Positions 39,024 through 49,496 of a stretch of 64,000 bases of DNA are shown piece after piece; positions within the stretch are counted from its first letter, which is position 1, and each line of letters opens with the position of its first letter. The translations under genes were made by a program, and so were the position numbers. Location of the stretch: assembly GCA_965116925.1 (NCBI GenBank), contig OZ220744.1, forward strand, positions 4,128,001 through 4,192,000, given 5' to 3'. This stretch comes from Candidatus Poribacteria bacterium. GTDB lineage: Bacteria > Poribacteria > WGA-4E > PCPOR2b. Under the pieces are notes generated by a model. That model was given only the letters and a program-made list of their open reading frames with translations. It was not told where the DNA came from and ran no database searches.

Positions 39024-40706
39024 TCATTCACGCCATGCCTGCTGGCTGATAATATCATCCTGCCCCAATTCATCGAAAATAAGGGCTGTATTGCTACCGT
39101 CGGCATCCATCATCCAGATACCCAAACTACCGTTGCGGTCACTGCTGAAGATTATCTTCGTCCCATCGGTAGACCAACACGGATACCCGTTGTAACCGAC
39201 CTCGCCCGTCAGGCGGGTTTGAACCAGCGAAAACAGATCTAGAACATACACCGCAGCGTTCAGCGGCGCGCTTTCCTTGGTAAACACCAATTTCGACCCG
39301 TCTGGACTCCAATCCGGGTGGATATCGTGGTGTGCACTAATTGTCAAACGTTGAATCCCTTCTTCGAGTGCTGGTGGATCGGCACTCGGTGCTTGGGGTG
39401 GGTCACCTTCACCTTCCTGTTTATCTTGCTCATCATCCGGCGTTTGATGAGGATCCGGCTCCGGTTCCGGCTTTTGGGGTGGGTCCGGTTCCGGCTCAGG
39501 CTCCGGTTCCGGCTCTGCTTCGGGTTCCGGTTCCGGCTCCGGTTCTGGTATGACTTGTGTTGGCGGTGCCTCCTTGGCGGCGAGAAATGTCTCAATATCC
39601 ACCACAAAAAGATTTCGTATCCCTTCGTTCAGAGCATGGTTATAGACGAGTTGAGTCCCATCGGGCGACCACGCAGGTCGAGAATCTGCGTGGCAGTCGG
39701 AAAGCCTGACACGATTGTCTCCGTTCACATTCATAGTGTAAATTGCAGGTTGACCCAACGCACGCGCATGAACAAATGCTAGACGACGACCATCGGGTGA
39801 CCACGCTGGATGACGATCATTAAAATGGTCTCCGCTGAGTGGCATCGCATTACCACCACGATTATCCATAATATAGATTTGTAGCGGACGATTGTTTTCT
39901 GAACGACTGAACGCTATTTCCATACCGTTAGGGGACCACGACGGGTTGACATCAAACACATGGGTCAACGCCTTTTCTCCATTCCGATCCGCGTTAATCA
40001 CTGAAATACCAAAAAAGTCATTACCCGCTACATTGCCACGCGCAAAAACTATCTGACCCCTTACTTGACGACGAATCGTGACCTTTTGGGAAATATCATT
40101 ATCACCTACAACTAGACCCGGTATATGCGTCGTCTGATAACCCGGCTTTTCCGCTGTCAAGTTGTACACGCCCTTCGATACAGGCGATATCTCATATTGA
40201 CCACCACCCTTGGTCACCGACGCACGGTCACCCAGAGTGATGAGAACATTGGAAACTGCATTGCCATCGTCCGATACCACTGTACCCTTAAACCTCACAC
40301 CCGGTTCAAGGCGAAAATGAACCGTCGCTGACTCTTTACGCGTCACCGTTACCGACGCTTGCTGGTCCAAGTAACCGGGCGCATAGATCTGTATTATATA
40401 GTCACCCGCTTTCAGTTCGCCAAAAAGGAAGTTACCACTCCCATCCGTCGTGACTGACGCTATCGATTCCTGTTCAAAATCTCCCCCCGGCAACTTTTTC
40501 GACGACGACAACGTCACTTGGATACCCCCAATCCCTTGCTCCGTTACCAAGTCTACAATCGTACCTTTGACCACGCCCTCCGGCGTTGATACTACCACAG
40601 GACCTACATCTACAACATCATCTTCGTCATCTCCACAACCTAATAAAAATAAAAATAGCGTCAAAGCAACAAAGCTGAAATAGGCGTAACGGATTAGGTT
40701 CGACAT
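39024..40706 (-). CDS. TolB-like PD40 lipoprotein, copy 2
   Basis: Lipobox LLGC; highly similar to 21802; start MSNLIRY. Confidence 0.88.
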   Translation of the reverse strand: MSNLIRYAYFSFVALTLFLFLLGCGDDEDDVVDVGPVVVSTPEGVVKGTIVDLVTEQGIGGIQVTLSSSKKLPGGDFEQESIASVTTDGSGNFLFGELKAGDYIIQIYAPGYLDQQASVTVTRKESATVHFRLEPGVRFKGTVVSDDGNAVSNVLITLGDRASVTKGGGQYEISPVSKGVYNLTAEKPGYQTTHIPGLVVGDNDISQKVTIRRQVRGQIVFARGNVAGNDFFGISVINADRNGEKALTHVFDVNPSWSPNGMEIAFSRSENNRPLQIYIMDNRGGNAMPLSGDHFNDRHPAWSPDGRRLAFVHARALGQPAIYTMNVNGDNRVRLSDCHADSRPAWSPDGTQLVYNHALNEGIRNLFVVDIETFLAAKEAPPTQVIPEPEPEPEPEAEPEPEPEPEPDPPQKPEPEPDPHQTPDDEQDKQEGEGDPPQAPSADPPALEEGIQRLTISAHHDIHPDWSPDGSKLVFTKESAPLNAAVYVLDLFSLVQTRLTGEVGYNGYPCWSTDGTKIIFSSDRNGSLGIWMMDADGSNTALIFDELGQDDIISQQAWRE

Positions 40707-40852
40707 AAAAATTCGTGGAATATATTTATCCGACAGGAATCGATAAACAACCACTTCCTCCTTTCAAAATTTGCCCGCTGACAAAATGCAAGGTTAAATC
40801 TTCATGAGATGATAGCGGAAGACAGTTCAAAAAACAAAGAAATTAATCGTGC

Positions 40853-41015
40853 TAGGACTCACGCAATTGAACGGTCAAAGCCCTGTAGTTCGGCGATTCA
40901 TCGCCGCTGGACACCGTTGCCAACGCCCGATGAATCGGGCAACTACAGCAGAGGCTCCATAAGGAGTCCGTAGGGAACGCAGATCTGCGTTCCCTACGGA
41001 AGTGCGTAACTCCTA
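40853..41015 (-). mobile_element. 163-bp miniature element family A, copy 3
   Basis: Same TIRs and hairpins in reverse orientation; no clear TSD. Confidence 0.85.
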
Positions 41016-41022
41016 CAGAAAT

Positions 41023-42642
41023 TTACAATTTCTGTATGACAACTGGTGCTTTTTTACGATAACTATCATCACCAGAGTTTTTAAGTGTTTCGGGAACGTA
41101 GTTGCTATAATCCGAAATATTCCCATGGGTGATGGCATAGACCACAATGTTAATCATGTGCCGCGCCGCGTGGGGTGCAAATTCTTCTAGGACTTGATTT
41201 TGATTGTACAAGTGACCATAGAACGGTTTCTGAACTTTGCCATCGATCACATGCATCATCTGCTCGGTATCTACTAACACAGCAAGACGACCATCAATCG
41301 TGATACCTTGCAATTCGGAATAGGGACCAAAGTGAAGGGGGATGGTTATTCCGCCATACACGACATGCCGCAAGGGAAAACGCAAAGGACCGTTTAGCGA
41401 GTAATAGGTGTTGTAAACCGGGTGATCATTCGGAACAAAGCCAAGTGGATGCTCTGGCAGGAGATCTCGCAGCACCTTTCTTGTCCCTTTCAATGCGTTA
41501 TCTGTATTTCCATGCGTTGCTAGATAGAGGAATCCGCCACGATTGATTACATATTCTCGCAATCTTTGGACTTCAACATCAGTGTATTTACTCAATCCGC
41601 TCGGACGCCTCGTATTCCAGATCGGAATGCTGTGGGAATTGAATACCCGCTTCTTGTGTTCTGGACTTATCCGTGAGCCACCTGATACCGGTTCCATAAA
41701 AAGAATCGGCGTCTGAAAGAACGATGCATCCTTCAGGTGGACCGCTTCAACAAGTTGGGTCTTGATTTTAGTCTTTTGATTCAGTGATTGTACTAAATAG
41801 GACAGACCTGCCCCAAATCGGAAATTTCCGACTCCACTGTTTCATATATCTGCGCTTGGGTGAAGCGGATCTTCAAAACGAGCAAGGTTTAAGCGACCCA
41901 TGATATCTCGACCGCGACCCACAATTATAGCACCAGGACTGCCAGCAGGAAGTTCAGGCACTTCTCCTCCTAGCGTTACTTTGTCGGCGACATTGGCAAG
42001 TGTATCGTCGATGTTAGACGCGCCTTCAGCACCGACCAGCGAACCGAGACCCGTGCCTCCTCTGGTCGGGGTTTGGCTCACACCACCTCCTAAACCGAAG
42101 GAACCCCGCCCAACACCGCTACCACTACCTTCGCCAAGACTGCCTGTGCCGGAAAGCGAACTGTTTCCGCTCAGTCCCGCAGCTAACGGGGCATCCGACT
42201 GAACCGGGAGATCAACAGCAGTGGCAAGTGAGTGGGCGGGACGGTCATTGGCGCGAAAAGATTGAGAAGCCCCTTGGACAGAAATTTCTGCACGCACAGA
42301 TTGTGCCGGAGACTGAGATACCGGGGCATCCACCGCTGTGGCTTTCGGCACAGATACAGAAGTTGATTTCACCGGATGGGGTGTAAAAGCCCGGGTCTGT
42401 ACCGATGCTGACAGACGCTCGATTTGAAAATTAGGCGTGGGCGTAGGTACGATGGAAGGGGCTACTATGCGTGGGGTTTTCTCCACAGGCGGCACCGGTT
42501 TAACTTTGAGAATGCTCACTTCTAAAGCATCGACATCGCTCCGAATAGTTTGGTTGACGATGATAACGCTGAGAACCATCGCTAGGCATAGATGGACCAA
42601 TAGAGAAACGCACCAGAAACGGTACTTGTAATGAGATTTCAT
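41023..42642 (-). CDS. Membrane-anchored DUF4159-like protein, probable selenoprotein (TGA at 41844-41842, codon 267 of 539)
   Basis: Same SD and start as 20059; HPSADI-TGA-NSGVGNFRF in frame with 41023..41697. Confidence 0.85.
41798..41841 (-). promoter_or_regulatory. Candidate bacterial SECIS element
   Basis: Hairpins identical to those in 20851-20894. Confidence 0.7.
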
Positions 42643-43343
42643 GAGGGTAACCTCCTTAAAGCGAATAATTGGCTTTTGACATACTCCCACATGTGAGCGT
42701 GCCAGTTCCGGTTTGCCCGAAAGGGGCGTTACCGAACCGTGAGTCCACGATTCTGTGAGTGCTGAAACAGCACAACAGAAGCATGACATCGGGATTTGTA
42801 AAGTCCCAAGCGCATGTGAGATTCCGCTATTAACAACACTTACTACCCGAAGAGGATTCAGCAACATCAATTTACATCTACTAGCCCCAAGGTAGTCTTA
42901 CGGTGTCTCGCTCAATGGACAATACTTCGTCCATTTTCTATATTTATACTGCTTTAGGCGGTTCAGAATGAAAGGTTTTTGTAACAGGTCATTTCTACCT
43001 AACCCCAATGATTGGGAAGGATGGCAGCTCATTGATTGGTCAGCCACCACTCATACACTGTTACTTGAAAAAGCATTGTAGCATGTTTTCGTTAGAAATA
43101 CAATTTTTTAATAGATAGCATGGTTAAGCGCGCAACATCCCCTTGAATCCCCGGAACATTACACTATACGGAAGTTGCTACTTAAATGCTAAATTGAATC
43201 AATCACCGCCTACAATATAAACCTCCTTGCATTCATTTGCAACCAGTTTTTTGAGGGGTATGGACATATCATGTCCATACTCCAAAAGTAACTGGAATTT
43301 TTGTGTGATTGGTTGAAGCAATTTTTTTATGGCGCACTGGGTT

Positions 43344-45017
43344 TTACTCACGCCATGCGTGTTGGCTGATAATATCATCCTGACTTAACTCATCAAAAAC
43401 AAGAGCGGTATTGCTGCCATCTGCATCCATGATCCAAATGCCAAAACTTCCATTACGATCACTGCTGAAAACAATCTTTGTACCATCAGGAGACCAACAC
43501 GGATAGCCGTTGTAACCTTCCGCACCGGTCAATCGGATTTGGCTTAGCGAAAATAGATCTACGACATACACCGCAGCATCGAACGGGGCGGTTTCTTTAG
43601 TAAAGACTAATTTTGAACCGTCTGGACTCCAATCCGGGTGGATATCGTGGTTTGCACTAATTGTCAAACGTTGAATCCCTTCTTCGAGTGCTGGTAGATC
43701 GGCGATCGGTGCCTGAGGTGGATCGCCCTCCCCCTCCTTCTTCTCTTCACCATCTGGGGTTTGATGGGGATCCGGCTCCGGCTCTGGCTTTTGGGGTATC
43801 TCCGGTTCCGGTTCTGGCTCCGGTACTATCTCTGGTTCCGGTTCCGGCTTCGGTTCTGGTTCCGCTTTCGTAGGGGGCGCGTCTTTGGCGGCGAGAAATG
43901 CCTCGATGTCCACCACAAAAAGATTCCGTTTGCCTCCCTTCAGAAGTGCATAGGTATAGACGATCTGAGTGCCATCAGGTGACCATGTAGGCCTAGCGTC
44001 TACATCGGAGTCGGCAAGTCGAACCCGATTCCCTCCGTTCACATTCATGGTATAAATTGCTGGTTGCCCCAAGGCTCGCGCGTGAACAAAGGCGATGCGG
44101 CGACCATCAGGAGACCAAGCCGGGTGTCGATCGTTGAAATGGTCCCCGCTGATGGATCTGGCACTGCCGCCGCGGTTATCCATAATGTAAATTTGTGGTA
44201 GCCCCCTGTTTTCTGAACGACTGAAAACAATTTCTCTACCATTAGGGGACCAGGTAGGCTGTAGGTCAGAAAGGTCTGTTAGAGACTTTTCGCCTGTACG
44301 GTCAGCGTTAATCGTTGAAATCCCAAAGAAGTCTTTGCCAACAACATCGGCGCGTACGAAGACAATCTGTCCCGTTACTTTGCGTCGAATAGAGATCCTT
44401 CGCGAGATGTCGCTATCACCGACAGTTATACTCGATATGTGTGTTGTGTGATAGCCCGGCTTTTCCGCAATCAAGTTGTATTGTCCCTTGGAGACCGGGG
44501 AAATTTCATATTGTCCACCACCATTCGTTACTGCCGCGCGTTCACCTAAAGAGATAAGAACATTTGCAACGACATTGCCATCGTCAGAGACCACGATGCC
44601 CTTAAACCTGACACCGGGTTCAACAAGAAAATTAACAATTGCAGGCTCTTTGCGAGTGACTTCCACCGGTGCTTGTTGACCCAGATAACCACGGGGATTG
44701 ATTTCCAAGACATATTCACCGGTTTTTAGTTCTTCAAATATGAAGCTCCCACTAGAATTGGTGGCTGTTGAAGCGACATTTTCCCGCTCAATATCGCCCC
44801 CTGGGAGTTTCTTTTGTGCAACCAATATAACTTGGGCATCTATAACGCCCTGCTGTGTGACCAGATCTACAACGGTTCCTTTGATAACCCCTTCCGGTGT
44901 TGCCACAACCCGGGGCCCTATATCATCAACAACTTCGTCATCACCACAGCCGATAAAAAACACAAACAGCGTCAAAGCAAAAAGACCGAGATAGGAGTAA
45001 CGGGTTAAGTTCGCCAT
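43344..45017 (-). CDS. TolB-like PD40 lipoprotein, copy 3 (more diverged)
   Basis: Lipobox FFIGC; same architecture as copies 1 and 2. Confidence 0.88.
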   Translation of the reverse strand: MANLTRYSYLGLFALTLFVFFIGCGDDEVVDDIGPRVVATPEGVIKGTVVDLVTQQGVIDAQVILVAQKKLPGGDIERENVASTATNSSGSFIFEELKTGEYVLEINPRGYLGQQAPVEVTRKEPAIVNFLVEPGVRFKGIVVSDDGNVVANVLISLGERAAVTNGGGQYEISPVSKGQYNLIAEKPGYHTTHISSITVGDSDISRRISIRRKVTGQIVFVRADVVGKDFFGISTINADRTGEKSLTDLSDLQPTWSPNGREIVFSRSENRGLPQIYIMDNRGGSARSISGDHFNDRHPAWSPDGRRIAFVHARALGQPAIYTMNVNGGNRVRLADSDVDARPTWSPDGTQIVYTYALLKGGKRNLFVVDIEAFLAAKDAPPTKAEPEPKPEPEPEIVPEPEPEPEIPQKPEPEPDPHQTPDGEEKKEGEGDPPQAPIADLPALEEGIQRLTISANHDIHPDWSPDGSKLVFTKETAPFDAAVYVVDLFSLSQIRLTGAEGYNGYPCWSPDGTKIVFSSDRNGSFGIWIMDADGSNTALVFDELSQDDIISQHAWRE

Positions 45018-45285
45018 AACAATTCGTGGATACGTTTATCCGATAGAGACTGATAAACGTGCCACTTCCTCCTTTCAAAATTCGCCTATTGGCAAAATGC
45101 AAGGTGTTAAACCACTATAAGATGGTGCGGAACGGGATTTCGCTACGCTCAACTTGTTGTATTCGATATGAGCAATTAATATGCCAAATAAAACAGTAAG
45201 TCCCAAAGTCGGTATAAGATTTTCCCTGATATTGCAGCTTTCTGCGAAGTTGCCCGGATTGACTCCTCCCAATAGTAGGGTCATT

Positions 45286-45506
45286 TATAGTAGATTTTAG
45301 AATTAATAGGACACGCTAAACCGGTGCGGTTACATGAAAATTAAAAAAATAATTCGGTAATTTGCTAGCGACACCGGCGCGGGGGAAAACCGCGCCTACC
45401 GTGTGTTTGGAGGCAAATCGGGATTACCGATTTAAATACTTAAACTTCATCAAACCGCACCTACCGGGGGCGCGCAAGTGTTTCTTTATTTTTTGAATTC
45501 ACTATA
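45286..45506 (+). mobile_element. 221-bp family B element containing 117-bp module C (45334-45450)
   Basis: Ends TATAGTAGATTTT...GAATTCACTATA; near-identical shell at 59250. Confidence 0.8.
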
Positions 45507-45961
45507 GTTTTCGTTCTATGGAATGCAGATGCCGATTTATCAAGAATTCCTCCAATTTATCGGAGGAAACGTCGGAATCGGTGAGGGATCACCGTTTGAG
45601 AGACCTGCGCCCCGGTTAGCCCGTCATTTCGAGGGGGTGTGATAGGTAATGAGAAATTGGACGAGATTTTCGCAACCCAAGTGCATAAGTCCTAAGTAAT
45701 ATCAGATTTTGGCGGGTAGATGGCAGATTGTTCCTTCCATCGTAGGCGGGGCATCTGGTTTCCCCGCTCGAAGAATTAAATGCCCCTAGATTTAGTATGA
45801 AATATTGAATGATGTGCGAATGTTTGACGGCAGTGTTCAGATTTTGAACAGCTGCCAATAAAACGTCAAACACTTTACAGAGTTGCACAAGGCGGTGCAA
45901 TTCTTTGAACCACCTCGGTTGTTTGGAACTCGCCGACTATTTCACAGGAGCTCGGGGAGAC

Positions 45962-47122
45962 TTACCCTGCCGTCGGCCGCCAACGAATGGCGTAGATATC
46001 GGTGTTGTCTCTGACCTCATCCCACGATCCGGGGGCTTGGCTGGAACCACAGATCGATAGAATCGTATCATCCGCAAATACCACACTAGCACTGTAGCTG
46101 CCGGTGAAGGTGGTGGAATCGAGATAGTAAACCTCGTCCAGCCAAGTTTTGCCTTCGTCCCGGCTGATCATCGCTCGCGACCCAGGCGGTCCGGGTCCAT
46201 AGCGTGTATCGTGAATCACAACCACAGTCCCGTTGCTCTGGGCTGCAGGATAGCCGAAGGTTTGACCGTACACTGTGCAAAGCATACGCGGCGGGCTCCA
46301 CGTTTGACCGCCATCCGCAGCCTCCATCACAAACACGTTCTTAAAGCCTCTCCCTTCGTCGGAGCCATCCATCGGTCGCATCATCTCCTCGGTGTCGGCT
46401 GGTAAGGGAGGACGTTGATAGCGCATTGTCGCAAAGATGCGACCCGACGGCACCAACACAGCGGCACCCTCTGAACCCCAATCAATCATCAGAATGGGAC
46501 CCTGCCACGTATGCCCCCCATCTGTTGAACGGAAGGTGTAACAGCCATTCATGGTGGTTGGCGTATCTCGGATGTCCACAGTCCATAGCAGCGTATCGTC
46601 CTGAAGGCGGTTCAGTCCGCGATGCGTGTAACGTTCGGTGTAGGGTCTGCCGTCGGGCAGATTCATCTCGACCGGAATCTCTGCCCGTTTTGTCCACGTT
46701 ATCCCCTCATCTTGGGAGACCCACACAACCGCTGGATCGCGCATCTCCGGTCCTGTCGAGCAATCAACACCGATGAACGTCCCGTCCCGCAAAATCCGCC
46801 AATGCCCTCCCGGCAGATCCTCCATCCCTATCAGGGATCGTGATGTCCATGTGCGTCCCCCGTCCGTGGATTTGCATAGGACCTGGGACTGCTTTACGTA
46901 TACTGTGCCATCCGGTCCCACGTCCACGTGTGTGCCCTGCGGACTCATGTCATCGCTATGCGGCAGCAGGGCCTTTTCCACCGGAACGCGGGTGAGTTTA
47001 CCGCCGGCAGCGTGCAAGATATATTGGCTGTCGTGCATCTGTTTGAGCACCTCTGCCGATGGCACGTCAACCCCACCCAGTCGATTCGTGCGTCGCTTCG
47101 GTTCAACGATTACTTGCATCAT
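45962..47122 (-). CDS. BNR/Asp-box (sialidase-like) protein
   Basis: Several S.D.G.TW motifs. Confidence 0.85.
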   Translation of the reverse strand: MMQVIVEPKRRTNRLGGVDVPSAEVLKQMHDSQYILHAAGGKLTRVPVEKALLPHSDDMSPQGTHVDVGPDGTVYVKQSQVLCKSTDGGRTWTSRSLIGMEDLPGGHWRILRDGTFIGVDCSTGPEMRDPAVVWVSQDEGITWTKRAEIPVEMNLPDGRPYTERYTHRGLNRLQDDTLLWTVDIRDTPTTMNGCYTFRSTDGGHTWQGPILMIDWGSEGAAVLVPSGRIFATMRYQRPPLPADTEEMMRPMDGSDEGRGFKNVFVMEAADGGQTWSPPRMLCTVYGQTFGYPAAQSNGTVVVIHDTRYGPGPPGSRAMISRDEGKTWLDEVYYLDSTTFTGSYSASVVFADDTILSICGSSQAPGSWDEVRDNTDIYAIRWRPTAG

Positions 47123-47360
47123 CTTAATCCTCCATCGTGGTGTGTCATCGCTTATCAGGCATATTCAAGGGTCAAGTCTAGTCCAAGAATCGTGGCGATA
47201 TCTTCAGGGAGGACAACCATATTTCGAGCCGCTAGGTCCAGAACATTTCTGCCTGTCCGTATAATATAGACACGAATCCTTACTAGGAGTTCTCAAGTTT
47301 TTTCTCTGTCCACTTCGTCCACATTATTTTCTCATTTTGGAGATTCACATAACCACTAAG

Positions 47361-48944
47361 TCACGCATATTCAAGTGTCAAATCCAGTCCAAGAATCGTG
47401 ACGATACCTTCAGGCAAGGCGACATCGTTCCGAGCTGCTAGTTCCACAACGTTTCTATCCGGCCGCAGCGGCGGCACCTGTACATGGTATGCAAGTTGGG
47501 GATTCACGGTTGGTCGGAACTGGCGATCCGTTCCGACCTCCGCTGCGGGAATGAATCGGCTGTTGGTCAATGGCTCACCGTTTAACCGAACTAGCAACGC
47601 ATCCTTCCATGAAGAATCATCAAACTCAACAGTCAAAGTTACCTTTATCGGCGGATGCGATGCCACATCGTCACCGACTATCAGCGGTAGGCGACCAATC
47701 ACGCCGGTACGCAGTGCACCACCCTTCGATTTGAGCGGTAGGGGACGAGGTGCGGATAGGTGTGCGTAGTACGGCAGGATGCCCCCTGCGGCACTATCGA
47801 CGCTGAACAGTTTATCTTTGCCAACCAACATGTTCGCATCTCCCACTTCATGCACACAGGCATAGCACCGACGACGGGTTTCGACCAACTGATCGCCGGT
47901 CATAAACTCAAACGGCGTCCCAAGGTTCCAGAAGTAGAGTCCGTCAACACCGGCGCGATACCAATTCGATGCCAATCCACGCACCAACGGCAGCGACTCT
48001 TTGCCCATATTCACGCACGGGTAGACAGGCACACCGTGCGGTTGTGCCGCTTCAACCCATGTCTTAACCGGCAGCGACCACGGCGCATATCCACCACCGA
48101 TGATCAGAATATCAATCAGATCTTCTTCGAGCCACGCTGCGACATCCATGCCGTTGTCAAGGGATGTGGTGAAGGTATCCGGGACTCGCACAGCGATGAG
48201 GGACGGTCTACCACGCCGCTGTGCTGCGGCGTCCGTCAGGCTGCGAATCTCCCCCATCATTGATGTGATGACCTCAATCTCGTCTACCGTAGACGACTCG
48301 CCGCGCATCCGCCGACTGAACAGCACCGGGTGACGGATGTAGTCCAGCTCAAACCCATCCACATCATACCGTTGGCAGATCTCCTCAATAATTTCGAGTT
48401 TACGTTGACGCACCGCTTTATGCGAGAAGTCCTGCGCGGTCGTGTACAATTCAAACTCTGGTAGCATCTCGCGGGTGTCAACCATGAACTCCGGGTGTGT
48501 GCGTTTCCAAACGGTCATGGCGTTGGCATCCATAAAACTATCGTGTACGTCGTTCATCCGTACCGACGCGAATGCCTCCATGTCGTGCTTGTGCGCGAAG
48601 TCACAAACTAGGTGCAATGGACAACGATACTCCCTCACCAGCGTCTTAACGTTCTCAGTCACCCTGTGCCAATACTTGACCGGCGCACCTTGAGCGTCAC
48701 CGTAGATCGGCTGCACCTTGCTGTCGTAAGCTGGAGCGTCAAACTGTCCACACAATACCGACCAAGAAATAGCACCGACCTGCGTTTCGACGAGCGGCGC
48801 GATCCGATGTGCGAGGAAACCTTCAGGCGTGTTTGCGTCCTCCAGTGCTAACTCGTGTGTGTCATCGTTGAAGATGACGCGCCGAGGACGTTTTGCCGCC
48901 TCAACCCGCGCTCGCTTGATCTCCGACCAGTCAGTTCCTGACAT
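47361..48944 (-). CDS. Putative glycoside hydrolase (GHL10-like TIM barrel)
   Basis: S.RMND.H, YDVDGFELD..RH and G.DG.Y.WN motifs. Confidence 0.7.
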   Translation of the reverse strand: MSGTDWSEIKRARVEAAKRPRRVIFNDDTHELALEDANTPEGFLAHRIAPLVETQVGAISWSVLCGQFDAPAYDSKVQPIYGDAQGAPVKYWHRVTENVKTLVREYRCPLHLVCDFAHKHDMEAFASVRMNDVHDSFMDANAMTVWKRTHPEFMVDTREMLPEFELYTTAQDFSHKAVRQRKLEIIEEICQRYDVDGFELDYIRHPVLFSRRMRGESSTVDEIEVITSMMGEIRSLTDAAAQRRGRPSLIAVRVPDTFTTSLDNGMDVAAWLEEDLIDILIIGGGYAPWSLPVKTWVEAAQPHGVPVYPCVNMGKESLPLVRGLASNWYRAGVDGLYFWNLGTPFEFMTGDQLVETRRRCYACVHEVGDANMLVGKDKLFSVDSAAGGILPYYAHLSAPRPLPLKSKGGALRTGVIGRLPLIVGDDVASHPPIKVTLTVEFDDSSWKDALLVRLNGEPLTNSRFIPAAEVGTDRQFRPTVNPQLAYHVQVPPLRPDRNVVELAARNDVALPEGIVTILGLDLTLEYA

Positions 48945-48994
48945 CTTTCCCTCCTAGGTTCTCGAACATGGCTAGGGCGTATTGACATTTTGAA

Positions 48995-49496
48995 TTTGCA
49001 GACTGGGATCACAATCTAACAGATCGTGGTACAAAAGGAGATTGTAGGTCGAGACTCACATCTCGACAAAATACTACCGAATGTGGCGCAAACTGTGAGT
49101 TTGCAGACTGGGATCACAATCTAACAGATCGTGGTACAAAAGTAAATTGTAGGTCGAGATTCACATCTCGACAAAATACTACCAAATGTAGCGCAAACTG
49201 TGAGTTTGCAGACTGGGATCACAATCTAACAGATCGTGGTACAAAAGGAGATTGTAGGTCGAGATTCACATCTCGACAAAATACTACCAAATGTAGCGCA
49301 AACTGTGAGTTTGCAGACTGGGATCACAATCTAACAGATCGTGGTACAAAAGGAGATTGTAGGTCGAGATTCACATCTCGACAAAATACTACCAAATGTA
49401 GCGCAAACTGTGAGTTTGCAGACTGGGATCACAATCTAACAGATCGTGGTACAAAAGTAAATTGTAGGTCGAGATTCACATCTCGACAAAATACTA
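48995..49496 (+). repeat. Tandem array of about 4.8 x 105-bp units, each with two GTAG-led hairpins (BIME-like)
   Basis: GACTGGGATC recurs at 49001, 49106, 49211, 49316 and 49421. Confidence 0.95.

Noticed and set aside
39003..39039. Short duplication at the end of lipoprotein copy 2
   Set aside because: Local tandem duplication of the stop region with no change to the protein
42643..42870. Upstream extension of the 41842 ORF (likewise the 35489, 58069 and 40754 starts)
   Set aside because: SD position, paralog alignment or family motifs support downstream starts
48995..49496. CRISPR array
   Set aside because: Whole 105-bp units repeat with no unique spacers, and no cas genes are nearby
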